Assembly (NCBI GenBank): GCA_035506955.1
Contig: DATJOO010000094.1
Span: 3,089-67,088, forward strand
Length of the DNA: 64,000 nucleotides
Direction: 5' to 3'
From: Verrucomicrobiia bacterium
Lineage (GTDB): Bacteria > Acidobacteriota > Terriglobia > Acidiferrales > UBA7541
The notes below the pieces were generated by a model. It had not been told where the DNA came from and did not search any database. It saw only the letters and a list, made by a program, of their open reading frames with translations. Both the position numbers and the translations under genes were made by a program. This document shows, in pieces, positions 19,347-29,468 of this stretch (positions are counted from its first letter, which is position 1; each line of letters opens with the position of its first letter).

Positions 19347-20528
19347 TCAACTCCACTGATGTGTGGTTTTCGGCGTGGTCAGATCCAAAGGAACCTGGTC
19401 GGCAATGCGGATACCGTAGCCCTCCAGCGCCACGACCTTTTTCGGATGATTGGTGACCACGCGAATGTCCTGCAACCCCAAGTCAATCAGGATTTGCGCG
19501 CCGGTGCCGCTTTCATGCTGCACCATGCGCTGTCGAGCCACTTCGCGATCTAATTGCCCGCGCGTGTGGAAATGAATCTTCGGCAAAGTTCCAGGCGTTT
19601 CCGGCGTATCAATCGTGAATCCACGACCGGTGTGATGCAGGTACAAAAAGACGCCGCGATTTTCGTTCGCAATCAACTCCAATGATTTTTCGACCAATTG
19701 GTTGCAGTCGCAGGCCACCGAACCAAACACGTCGCCCGTGATGCAGTGCGAATGCACGCGTACCAAAGGGGGAGTCGAGCCGTTCAGTTCGCCACGAATC
19801 AACGCGATGTGCTGGTCGTGATCCACGTCGCTGGAGTAAGCGATCATGCGGAAGTCGCCGTAAAGTGTCGGCAGGACTGCCTCAGCGATGCGGCGCACGT
19901 AGCGTTCGTGCTGCATGCGGTAGCGAATCAGGTCCGCCACCGTCAGCATCTTCAGATTGTGCTCTTTGCAGAACTCAATCAGCTGCGGCACGCGCGACAT
20001 CGTGCCGTCTTCGTTCATGATTTCGCAGATCACTCCGGAAGGATTCAAACCGGCGATGCGCGCCAGGTCCACGGAAGCTTCAGTTTGCCCCGCGCGCACC
20101 AGTACGCCGCCATTGCGCGCGCGCAACGGGAACATGTGGCCGGGTCGCGCCAGATCCTGCGGACGCGTCTTCGGATCAATCGCGGTAAGAATCGTGATCG
20201 CGCGATCCGACGCGCTGATCCCGGTCGTGACGCCCAGTTTGGCGTCGATCGCTTCGCAGAACGCTGTACCGTGCACCGAAGTATTGATGGGCGACATCAG
20301 CGGCAGATTCAATTCCTCGCAGCGCTGCTCGGTCAGCGTCAGGCAGATCAGTCCCCGGCCGAATTTCGCCATGTAGTTGATGACGTCCGGCGTGATTTTC
20401 TCGGCGGCCAGCGCCAAGTCGCCTTCGTTCTCGCGATCTTCGTCATCAACCAGGACGATCATGCGTCCCTGGCGGATCTCTTCGACCGCTTCTTCGACGG
20501 TGCAGAAAGCATTCGGATCACAGGCCAT
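19347..20528 (-). CDS. ribB: 3,4-dihydroxy-2-butanone 4-phosphate synthase fused to a degenerate GTP cyclohydrolase II-like domain
   Basis: [35 protein letters not shown] (RibB); C-terminal [20 protein letters not shown] and TNHPKK (RibA-like); start at ATG 20528. Confidence 0.92.
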   Translation of the reverse strand: MACDPNAFCTVEEAVEEIRQGRMIVLVDDEDRENEGDLALAAEKITPDVINYMAKFGRGLICLTLTEQRCEELNLPLMSPINTSVHGTAFCEAIDAKLGVTTGISASDRAITILTAIDPKTRPQDLARPGHMFPLRARNGGVLVRAGQTEASVDLARIAGLNPSGVICEIMNEDGTMSRVPQLIEFCKEHNLKMLTVADLIRYRMQHERYVRRIAEAVLPTLYGDFRMIAYSSDVDHDQHIALIRGELNGSTPPLVRVHSHCITGDVFGSVACDCNQLVEKSLELIANENRGVFLYLHHTGRGFTIDTPETPGTLPKIHFHTRGQLDREVARQRMVQHESGTGAQILIDLGLQDIRVVTNHPKKVVALEGYGIRIADQVPLDLTTPKTTHQWS

Positions 20529-20684
20529 AATCCCTCTATTATAGGTCCGTTTAATGCAGATTTTGCTGATTTTGCCAGTCCTGGCCCGCCAGTCCTCTCG
20601 CATTCGCACGCTCCAAAACCAAGGCTTTCCTTGCTGGGACCAAACCGCAGCGACGAGCATCTTATTGCACGGGAGGATCTAGTC

Positions 20685-21017
20685 ATGGCCAAACTCGCAA
20701 TTTGGGCTGTTTTGGAAAGCAAGCCCGGTAAGGAACGGGAAGTCGAGGAATTCCTGAAGTCGGCACAACCGCTCGCCGAAAAGGAAACGGCAACGCTGAC
20801 CTGGTATGCATTGAAGATCGCTCCATCGAAGTTCGGCATCTTCGATACATTTGCCAACGAAAGCGGACGGGAAGCGCATTTGACAGGCGAAATCGCCAAA
20901 GCCTTGTTCGCAAAAGCAAAGGAATTATTTTCGAAGGAGCCCGAGGTTCACAAAATCGAAGTGTTGGCCGCAAAAACGCGCTCGCTGGAGAGCCAGCAAA
21001 AGAGCGCGCACAGCTAA
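20685..21017 (+). CDS. antibiotic biosynthesis monooxygenase (ABM)/putative quinol monooxygenase family protein
   Basis: 110 aa after a GGAGG RBS; AVLESKPGKEREVEEFL...GIFDTFANESGREAHL ferredoxin-like ABM pattern. Confidence 0.8.
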   Translation: MAKLAIWAVLESKPGKEREVEEFLKSAQPLAEKETATLTWYALKIAPSKFGIFDTFANESGREAHLTGEIAKALFAKAKELFSKEPEVHKIEVLAAKTRSLESQQKSAHS

Positions 21018-21099
21018 ACAGCTCCCAACCTTAAGCGGGAAGGAAATGCGGCTGTATTGGTGTGTTCAGAGACCCTCCGAGGGAATCGAGAAAAAACAG

Positions 21100-21148
21100 T
21101 TGACAAACTCAATCCGTAAGTATTAACTTACCGTAAGTGGATACTTAC
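21100..21148 (+). promoter_or_regulatory. sigma70 promoter overlapped by two tandem palindromic operators GTAAGT-N4-ACTTAC
   Basis: TTGACA 21100-21105; operators at 21116-21131 and 21133-21148, the second overlapping the GTG start of the ArsR gene. Confidence 0.75.
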
Positions 21149-21523
21149 GTACAAGACGGCCTCTCCGCTCTCGGGGATTCCACCCGCCTGGCTATCTTCG
21201 AGATGCTCGGCCATCATCCCTACGCCGTAAACGAATTGGCGGCGCAGTTGCCCGTGTCGCGCCCCGCGGTGTCGCAACACCTGCGCGTACTCAAGCAGGC
21301 GCGTCTGGTGCGCGATCGCCACGCCGGCACCCGCCGTATCTACGAGCTGGATCCTCAGGGCATTGCGCTCTTGCGGGATCATTTCGCCCAGCTTTGGGAG
21401 CAGGCCCTCGCGTCGTTCAAAAAGTTTGCCGAAGAAGAATATAAAAAGGAGAAACAGCATGGCGCCCGACACGGTTCAAATCGCGGTGTTCCGAAAGACG
21501 CTCCACGTCGAGGTTCCCATTGA
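21137..21523 (+). CDS. ArsR/SmtB family transcriptional repressor
   Basis: ALGDSTRLAIFEML, VSRPAVSQHLRVLKQARLV winged HTH. Confidence 0.93.
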   Translation: MDTYVQDGLSALGDSTRLAIFEMLGHHPYAVNELAAQLPVSRPAVSQHLRVLKQARLVRDRHAGTRRIYELDPQGIALLRDHFAQLWEQALASFKKFAEEEYKKEKQHGARHGSNRGVPKDAPRRGSH

Positions 21524-21947
21524 GACGGCGTTCCGCGTGTTCACCGACCGCATGGGCGCCTGGTGGCCGGCATCGCACCACGTGGGTGGCACGCCGTTCA
21601 AGGATATTCTGATCGACCATCGTGCGGGCGGCCGCTGGTATGAAATTAACGCCAAAGGCGAGGAATGCATTTGGGGAACCGTGATGGCGTGGGAACCGCC
21701 GCGGCAGGTGGTGCTTTCCTGGCACCTGCAGCCAGACTGGACCTTCAGCCCCGATTTAGCGCGGGCTAGCGAAGTGGCCCTCGAGTTTTTTGCGGAAGGT
21801 CCAGAACGGACGCGTGTGGAGTTTGAACATCGTCATCTGGAGCGGCATGGGGCGGGATGGGAGAAACTGCGCCAGGAGGTGGGTTCCGAACGCGGCTGGC
21901 CGGCGATTCTGGCTCAGTACGTTGGAATGGCGCAAGGTTCCAAATAA
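21459..21947 (+). CDS. SRPBCC (AHSA1/START-like) domain protein
   Basis: AFRVFTDRMGAWWP, GTVMAWEPPRQVVLSW, TRVEFEHRHLER, GWPAIL; AAGGAG RBS. Confidence 0.9.
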   Translation: MAPDTVQIAVFRKTLHVEVPIETAFRVFTDRMGAWWPASHHVGGTPFKDILIDHRAGGRWYEINAKGEECIWGTVMAWEPPRQVVLSWHLQPDWTFSPDLARASEVALEFFAEGPERTRVEFEHRHLERHGAGWEKLRQEVGSERGWPAILAQYVGMAQGSK

Positions 21948-22003
21948 TTGGGTATCCATTTGTCGAATCGACAAAAAAAGTTCAGCAGAACAGGAGAAAT
22001 GAT

Positions 22004-22570
22004 ATGGAAGGCCTTTCCAATAATGCGCTCTCTCCCGTGGAACGAAGCCGCGCCGTGGCAGAACTCGAAGCTTCTCGAGAAGCGTTTCTAGAGGCTACCC
22101 AGAACTTGCCTGCTGCGCAGTGGAAATTTCAGCCATCCGCCGGGCAGTGGTCCATTGCAGAGTGTTGTGAACATATGGCCATCGTCGAGGCGCGAGCACT
22201 GGGGCGAATCGTCGCAGAGACACAGCAGACTCCCGCAGATCCGAGCAAGAGGGCGCAGGTGAAATTGGCGGACGACGCGATCGTGCCGGCAGCGTTGAAC
22301 CGCACTAACCGTTTGCAAGCTCCGGAACATTTATTACCAGCGCAACGCGAAACGCCGGAAAAAATGGTCTCCGACTTATTGCAGCATCGCGCCAAGACAC
22401 TTGCATTTGTCGGTTCCACACAAAGCAATTTACGGTCGCACTTTCCGGTGCATCCCCTGCTCGGGGTGCTGGATACCTATCAGTGGGTTTTGCTGATTTC
22501 CGGACACATGCGCCGGCACACCGCGCAAATCGCCGAAATCAAGAGCGACTCGCGATTTCCCCAGGGATGA
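22004..22570 (+). CDS. DinB/YfiT family putative metalloenzyme
   Basis: WSIAECCEHMA, HPLLGVL, HMRRHTAQI His triad; AGGAG RBS. Confidence 0.88.
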   Translation: MEGLSNNALSPVERSRAVAELEASREAFLEATQNLPAAQWKFQPSAGQWSIAECCEHMAIVEARALGRIVAETQQTPADPSKRAQVKLADDAIVPAALNRTNRLQAPEHLLPAQRETPEKMVSDLLQHRAKTLAFVGSTQSNLRSHFPVHPLLGVLDTYQWVLLISGHMRRHTAQIAEIKSDSRFPQG

Positions 22571-22605
22571 CCCGTGGCACGGTTAGCGATCAAAAGGAGA
22601 CGCAA

Positions 22606-23001
22606 ATGAAGCTGATCGACCGGATATTTGGATGCTTGATGATTCTTGGCGGCATTGGACATGGATTCGGTTCGTATTTGGCCTACAAGAATGACCACAT
22701 CACACTCTTGTGGGCATGGTGCGCCTCGTTTGCCGGGTTTCTGCTGGCGGCCATAAATTTACTCCGAGCGGGACGCCAGGACGACCGTCCGTTGGCATGG
22801 ATCAGCCTGGGCGGCTGCTTGGTTTGGATTGGGTTCGTGGTGTGGTTCGGTCAACTCTTGGGGAACCCGCTGGATTTTCGGCCGCTCGTCAATCTGATCA
22901 TCACTGTGGTCCTGGCGGGTTTCAGCATACGCAGTCTGCTGCGGGCGAGCGCCCGAATTGAGCGCGCGCAGCCGAACGCCGCGACCGCACGCGCTCAATA
23001 G
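22606..23001 (+). CDS. hypothetical integral membrane protein (4 TM)
   Basis: AAGGAG RBS, four hydrophobic segments, 131 aa. Confidence 0.75.
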   Translation: MKLIDRIFGCLMILGGIGHGFGSYLAYKNDHITLLWAWCASFAGFLLAAINLLRAGRQDDRPLAWISLGGCLVWIGFVVWFGQLLGNPLDFRPLVNLIITVVLAGFSIRSLLRASARIERAQPNAATARAQ

Positions 23002-23012
23002 GGTTGTTGTGC

Positions 23013-24428
23013 TTAGAGCGACCGCAGGAAATTCAGCAACGCCTGTTGCTGCTGCGGGGTGAGTTGGTTATAGCTCGCAATCACGCGGTTGGCCTCTGAG
23101 CCACTGCTCGAATGCTGCTCAATCGCGTTGACCAATCCTCCATTAGAAGGCCCCGAGCGGCCATCGTGCAGGAAGAAAACCCGCTGCCCTAATCCCCACA
23201 GCGGCGCGGTGCGGAACTCGTCCCCTGCCGCTGTTCCTTGCGAAACGTTGTCCGCCAGACCCGAACCCATGTTGTGAACCAACAGATCCGAAAAGAGCGC
23301 CGCGGTCTGGTTGCTGAGTCCAGAGGTGTAGGCGGATTTGCCGGTGGTTAGAGAAGACGTGTGGCACATGTTGCAGTGAATCTGGCTAAAGATCGCTTGC
23401 CCTTGCTGGATCGATGTTGCTGAAGGGTTACCGGAAATGCCTGTGGTTGACGGCGTTGGCGGTGCTAAAAAGCGCATGAAGTTAGAGAACTCCACGACGT
23501 CACTGGAGATTTGCGGGCCCGAACCGGTGAAATTTGTAGCATCTTCGGGTGTTGGATTCAGAAGACAGGAAGCAGGCGGGTTGCCGCGTTCGTTCGGGAA
23601 CAGTTCATTGGTAACCCCGATTTCGACGTTGTAAGCTTCCCCGGAGAATATATCGAGAGATTTGTTTTGTGCTTTCCACCCGAAACGCGTCATGGATCCA
23701 TCATTTCCGCTGTAGTTCGGGTGGCCAGAGATGCCCAGAGACTGTTTCAGGCTGGCATTGGCCTGCATATTGGCTAGGATCGTCTCGTCGGTAATGGCTT
23801 CAATCAAACCCGCACCGTACGTTGGAGTGGGAATACGGAAAATGATGTTGTTCAGTTCGCGCATTTCCGTGAAGTTGGGTTGCGCCAGAGAGCAGCCCGA
23901 GGCGTCCGACCGGCCGGCGATAGTGTAGAGCGCATGGACTTCCCCATCGGCGGTGCGCGTCACCTGGCCATTGGTGACCACGAAAGGAAAGCGAGCCTCG
24001 CGCACCGGTCCGGTGGCCGTGATGAAGTAGGGAATGGAGTTGGTGGCACCGCTGGCATTAGCAGCTTCCATCTGTGGATTCGCGCCAATGTTCGGGTATG
24101 CCGTGGTCGAAGGACTGGAACCTCCCACACTCGGTTGTGCATGACAACTGGCGCAGCTGTTGGAATTGTACGTTGGGCCTAATCCGTTCGCGACCTGATC
24201 CACTTCTTGAAACCGATTTTGTCCATCCTGAAAGAATTGCAGTTGCGCGGCGCTCAAAGTACTTAATGGAGTACCGGCATTTACGCCACCGGCACGGGGG
24301 CCGGGATCGGTGGCGGCTGAGCTGGCCGCGGTGGGAGTGGCTTGTTGCGACCACAGCGGCAAAGCAAGACTGATACAAAACAGCAACAAAAGCGTTGAAC
24401 CTGCAATGTTACGCTTCTCCGTTCTCAT
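23013..24428 (-). CDS. di-heme oxidoreductase family (DHOR) exported c-type cytochrome
   Basis: two CxxCH motifs (CASCH, CNMCH), GLGPTYN, RFGWKAQ, FRTAPLWGLGQR, LHDGR; signal peptide; AGGAGG RBS. Confidence 0.9.
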   Translation of the reverse strand: MRTEKRNIAGSTLLLLFCISLALPLWSQQATPTAASSAATDPGPRAGGVNAGTPLSTLSAAQLQFFQDGQNRFQEVDQVANGLGPTYNSNSCASCHAQPSVGGSSPSTTAYPNIGANPQMEAANASGATNSIPYFITATGPVREARFPFVVTNGQVTRTADGEVHALYTIAGRSDASGCSLAQPNFTEMRELNNIIFRIPTPTYGAGLIEAITDETILANMQANASLKQSLGISGHPNYSGNDGSMTRFGWKAQNKSLDIFSGEAYNVEIGVTNELFPNERGNPPASCLLNPTPEDATNFTGSGPQISSDVVEFSNFMRFLAPPTPSTTGISGNPSATSIQQGQAIFSQIHCNMCHTSSLTTGKSAYTSGLSNQTAALFSDLLVHNMGSGLADNVSQGTAAGDEFRTAPLWGLGQRVFFLHDGRSGPSNGGLVNAIEQHSSSGSEANRVIASYNQLTPQQQQALLNFLRSL

Positions 24429-24897
24429 TTCTGTTCCTCCTGACGAATGTAGCGGGGAGAAAAAAGACACACCCCGAGTTTGGCTAGGCAGGAGTTATTC
24501 GGTGGGGCCTGGGTCTGCAGAACAAGGACGCCTGGGGGATTACTGAACCCTGGTTGGCGGATTACGGCGTTATGCGAATAAAGCCGTTATGAATGAGCCC
24601 GCATAAATACCTTTGGGCCGTGACCTCCTTGCCTTAGCGCCAACGACGCGACGCGCGGCCGTGAGCGATTTTCTGCGATCGACCGCTAACGGACGGGTTC
24701 GCCTGGTGGCGGGAACAGGTGAGCTTCCCGCTTTCCGTCGAAGCCAAATGTGCCGGGGAGATTGAGCGCAACTCTATGCACTCCGCAGGGAAGGGTCAAC
24801 GCGTCCAGAGTACAGATTGCGTACAGGTGGCCCTAAGGTATTTCTATTAGGACCTTAAATAGTCTGCTGTTCGCTTCCACCAAGGAAGATCGCGCAA

Positions 24898-24929
24898 AGA
24901 AAAAGGGCGGCCGAAAATCGACCGCCCTT
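24898..24929 (-). terminator. rho-independent terminator of groESL
   Basis: minus strand AAGGGCGGTCGA-TTT-TCGGCCGCCCTT followed by a T run, about 35 nt after the groEL stop. Confidence 0.85.
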
Positions 24930-24964
24930 GGTTGGTTGAGATTTCTGGTTAGCTGGATAGCTTT

Positions 24965-26692
<1,728 letters not shown>

Positions 26693-26722
26693 TTATCGGT
26701 AATCAACCAAGGCCGAGGGCAC

Positions 26723-26757
26723 TAAACTGGCGACTGTGAACTGACGACTGTAGACTG
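26723..26757. repeat. five in-phase heptamers (NNNACTG; CAGTNNN on the minus strand) in the groES-groEL spacer
   Basis: TAAACTG GCGACTG TGAACTG ACGACTG TAGACTG read directly. Confidence 0.8.
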
Positions 26758-26763
26758 CTTTTC

Positions 26764-27078
26764 TTACTTCTTTGCTGCTTTGGCCGCGCCGCCCAACTTC
26801 GCCAGGATCTCTTCCTCGCGGAGAATCAGCAGCTCTTCGCCGTCGATCTTGATCTCGCTGCCGCTATACTTGCCGAACAGCACGCGATCGCCAACGTTCA
26901 CGTCCAGGGGAATGCGCTCGCCCTTCTCCCGCTTGCCCGCTCCAACGGCAATCACTTCGCCCTCTTGCGGTTTCTCTTTCGCGGAGTCAGGGATGATGAT
27001 TCCACCCTTCAGGGTTTCCTTCTCTTCAATACGCTTCACGATGACACGGTCGTGGAGCGGTGTCAGATTGACTGCCAT
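26764..27078 (-). CDS. groS: co-chaperonin GroES
   Basis: [45 protein letters not shown]; GGAGG RBS. Confidence 0.99.
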   Translation of the reverse strand: MAVNLTPLHDRVIVKRIEEKETLKGGIIIPDSAKEKPQEGEVIAVGAGKREKGERIPLDVNVGDRVLFGKYSGSEIKIDGEELLILREEEILAKLGGAAKAAKK

Positions 27079-27148
27079 CTTAAAAAGACCTCCATTTAGG
27101 TAACTTACGGTGTGACTGAACACTGGGCGGCGGAGGCTGAAAGGGTGC

Positions 27149-27175
27149 TTAGCACTCCTCGCCACCGAGTGCTAA
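27149..27175. promoter_or_regulatory. CIRCE operator (HrcA binding site)
   Basis: perfect TTAGCACTC-N9-GAGTGCTAA upstream of groES. Confidence 0.98.
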
Positions 27176-27202
27176 TAATAACAACTTTTCCTCCCGAGTC
27201 AA
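27175..27202 (-). promoter_or_regulatory. sigma70 promoter of groESL
   Basis: minus strand TTGACT-16 nt-TATTAT directly abutting CIRCE. Confidence 0.75.
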
Positions 27203-27362
27203 GGCTTTTCCCCACTTCCCACAGGATTTTACCGGACGTTCACATTCGCATATTGCATATAAATGCCTTTGAATCAATCGATTAGATGTGCAATGTTTTC
27301 CTTGCACTTGGTCGTTGCCCTGCTCCGCTCACCAGCGTTAGACTCGCGAAAATACCTCTTCG

Positions 27363-29348
27363 ATGCACTGGCTCCTCTACCTTCGCTTGATCACCTTGAC
27401 CGCGGGAACGCTGCTACCGTTTTTCTGGATGGTGGTCATTCTGGGCCACCGCCGCCAGCGCAACTTCGAGCGCGTCTTCTTCTTCCTATGTCTGGCACTG
27501 ACGTGTTTTTTCGGCAGCAACCTGCTGGCGCTAAACGCTCAGTTGTTTTACGGCTCTCCGCCGCGCGGCTTAATGCGCTTTGCCTGGACCTTCCTTTGCC
27601 TCGGGCTGTTTTTGATCCCATCGTTGTTGATTCACCTTCACGTGGAGTATGGCTCTCTTCGAGAGCTTATACGCACCCCGTCCCGTAAGCGGTTTTGGTT
27701 GACGGTGGCGTGGCTGCCAGGATTGTGCTTGCTGCCGAATCTGTGGCTGGCACTCCGCCTGCCGGGGAATCTGGATTTCGAACGGCCCACGCACACGATT
27801 GGTCTACTCTTCCAAGCCTGGCTGATCCTGTCGATCATCATGGCTGTAGGGTGGCAGCAGCGTTTTGCCTCCTGCGCGCCGGATCGGGAGCAACGGGCTT
27901 TTCATCGCGGAATGGTGCAGGTTCTGGGCGTGCTTGCCCTGCTACTTCTCGTGGTCTTCTGGGGACAGCATTTTTATGGAACGAACTGGGCAAGTGGCCT
28001 GGACTCGGTTGCGCTGTCACTTGCGCTCATTCCGTTCGCCGTTCTGATTTTGAACGTCCGGCGGTTCAATTTCCTGCAGATCGGGCGCCAACGCAATTTG
28101 ATTTACGCCGTTTTCGGCGTGTTCCTGGCTCTTCTGTATTTGAGTTTTGTGCGCCGCGCGGGACAGTGGCTCGAACCGTATTTCCCGCCGGAAGCCACTG
28201 CCGCGCTTTTGCTCTTCTTGCCAGTAGCGTTTTTCGAGCCGCTACAGCGCATGATTCGCGGTCTGTTGCGCCAGACGGCACAGAGCGAGGTGGATCGCGC
28301 ACAAAAATTGATGGGGCCGATCAACGAAGTCGCCCGCCTGGGAGATTTAGAAAAACTGCGCTCCTTTTGTGAGCGCTGGATCGCCGAACAGTTGCAGCTC
28401 GCTGAGGTTCATGTTTCCGCCCAACTTTCACCTGTTCACCCCAGCGCTCACATTCCTGCAGAGGAGGCCTTCGAAATCCACCGCGCCGGTCAGCGGATCG
28501 GGGCAATTCGCGTGCGCTCGCATGGTGCAATGATCTCCGGCGAAACCTACGCGGCTCTGGAATTTGTTGCGGAGCAACTGCCCGCGGCCTTCGATCTCTG
28601 CCGCCTGATCGAAGAAAAACTGCAGCTCGAAAGGGAATTGGCAGAACGCGAACGGCTGGCTCTCGTAGGCCAAATGGCCGCCAGCATTTCACACAACTTG
28701 AAAAACCCCCTCGGCTCGATCAAGACCATTCTGCAAGTGCAACTGGAAAGTCCGGAACTGCCGCCTGCACTGCGCGGCGAAACACAAATGATCCTCGATG
28801 AAATCAACCGTCTGGCTTCCAAGCTGAATCAGCTTCTGCAATTCAGCCGTCCGGGCACACGGCCAGCCGCTGGAGAGGCGCGTTGCAACCTGACGCAAAT
28901 GCTGCACGACGTGGTAAATGTCCTGCGGCCGCAAGCGGGAAAGCGCCTGGTCGCTCTCGATTTGCGAACAGCGAACGGCCAGGAATGGGTGGCCGCCAGC
29001 GCCGAGGCAGTTAACGATATACTCACCAACCTCATTCTCAATGCGATCGAATCTGCTTCGGCGCACGGCCATGTATGCATCGCCACGCAGGAATCGGGAC
29101 GGGAGTGCGAGATCATTGTGGAAGACGATGGCCCGGGCATCGCGCCAGAAATTCAGGAAAAAATCCTGCAGCCATTTTTCACGACGAAGCCCCAGGGTAC
29201 TGGTCTCGGTTTGGCCATCGTGCAAAAACGATTGGAAGAATTTAGCGGCTCGATGCAATTAACCAGCCCACTTCAGAAGGGCAGCGGCACGCGCTTCAAA
29301 ATTGTCTTTCGCACCAGCCTGGACACGGTACGGGCGGCCAAACCATGA
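27363..29348 (+). CDS. multi-TM sensor histidine kinase
   Basis: 7-8 N-terminal TM helices; H-box SHNLKNPLGSI, N-box NLILNAIES, DDGPGI, PFFTTK, GTGLGL. Confidence 0.93.
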   Translation: MHWLLYLRLITLTAGTLLPFFWMVVILGHRRQRNFERVFFFLCLALTCFFGSNLLALNAQLFYGSPPRGLMRFAWTFLCLGLFLIPSLLIHLHVEYGSLRELIRTPSRKRFWLTVAWLPGLCLLPNLWLALRLPGNLDFERPTHTIGLLFQAWLILSIIMAVGWQQRFASCAPDREQRAFHRGMVQVLGVLALLLLVVFWGQHFYGTNWASGLDSVALSLALIPFAVLILNVRRFNFLQIGRQRNLIYAVFGVFLALLYLSFVRRAGQWLEPYFPPEATAALLLFLPVAFFEPLQRMIRGLLRQTAQSEVDRAQKLMGPINEVARLGDLEKLRSFCERWIAEQLQLAEVHVSAQLSPVHPSAHIPAEEAFEIHRAGQRIGAIRVRSHGAMISGETYAALEFVAEQLPAAFDLCRLIEEKLQLERELAERERLALVGQMAASISHNLKNPLGSIKTILQVQLESPELPPALRGETQMILDEINRLASKLNQLLQFSRPGTRPAAGEARCNLTQMLHDVVNVLRPQAGKRLVALDLRTANGQEWVAASAEAVNDILTNLILNAIESASAHGHVCIATQESGRECEIIVEDDGPGIAPEIQEKILQPFFTTKPQGTGLGLAIVQKRLEEFSGSMQLTSPLQKGSGTRFKIVFRTSLDTVRAAKP

Positions 29349-29468
29349 CTTGGATGGATCCAGCAATGCTCCACGCGACTGGGCTAAACCTGTCTGCCTT
29401 GGTGCTTGCGACACGAATGGGACAAAGCTGCCTTGCTCCTGTGCCGCGTGCTGGCGAAACTAGGTTTT

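Noticed and set aside
22575-22590. sigma54 -24/-12 promoter (TGGCAC)
   Set aside because: No TTGC at the required distance
24690-24745. Cobalamin riboswitch upstream of the DHOR gene
   Set aside because: Partial resemblance only; no complete B12-box or conserved GGTG/AACTGT elements
26723-26757. CRISPR array
   Set aside because: Units are 7 nt with no spacers; there are no 23-47 nt repeats or cas genes anywhere in the window
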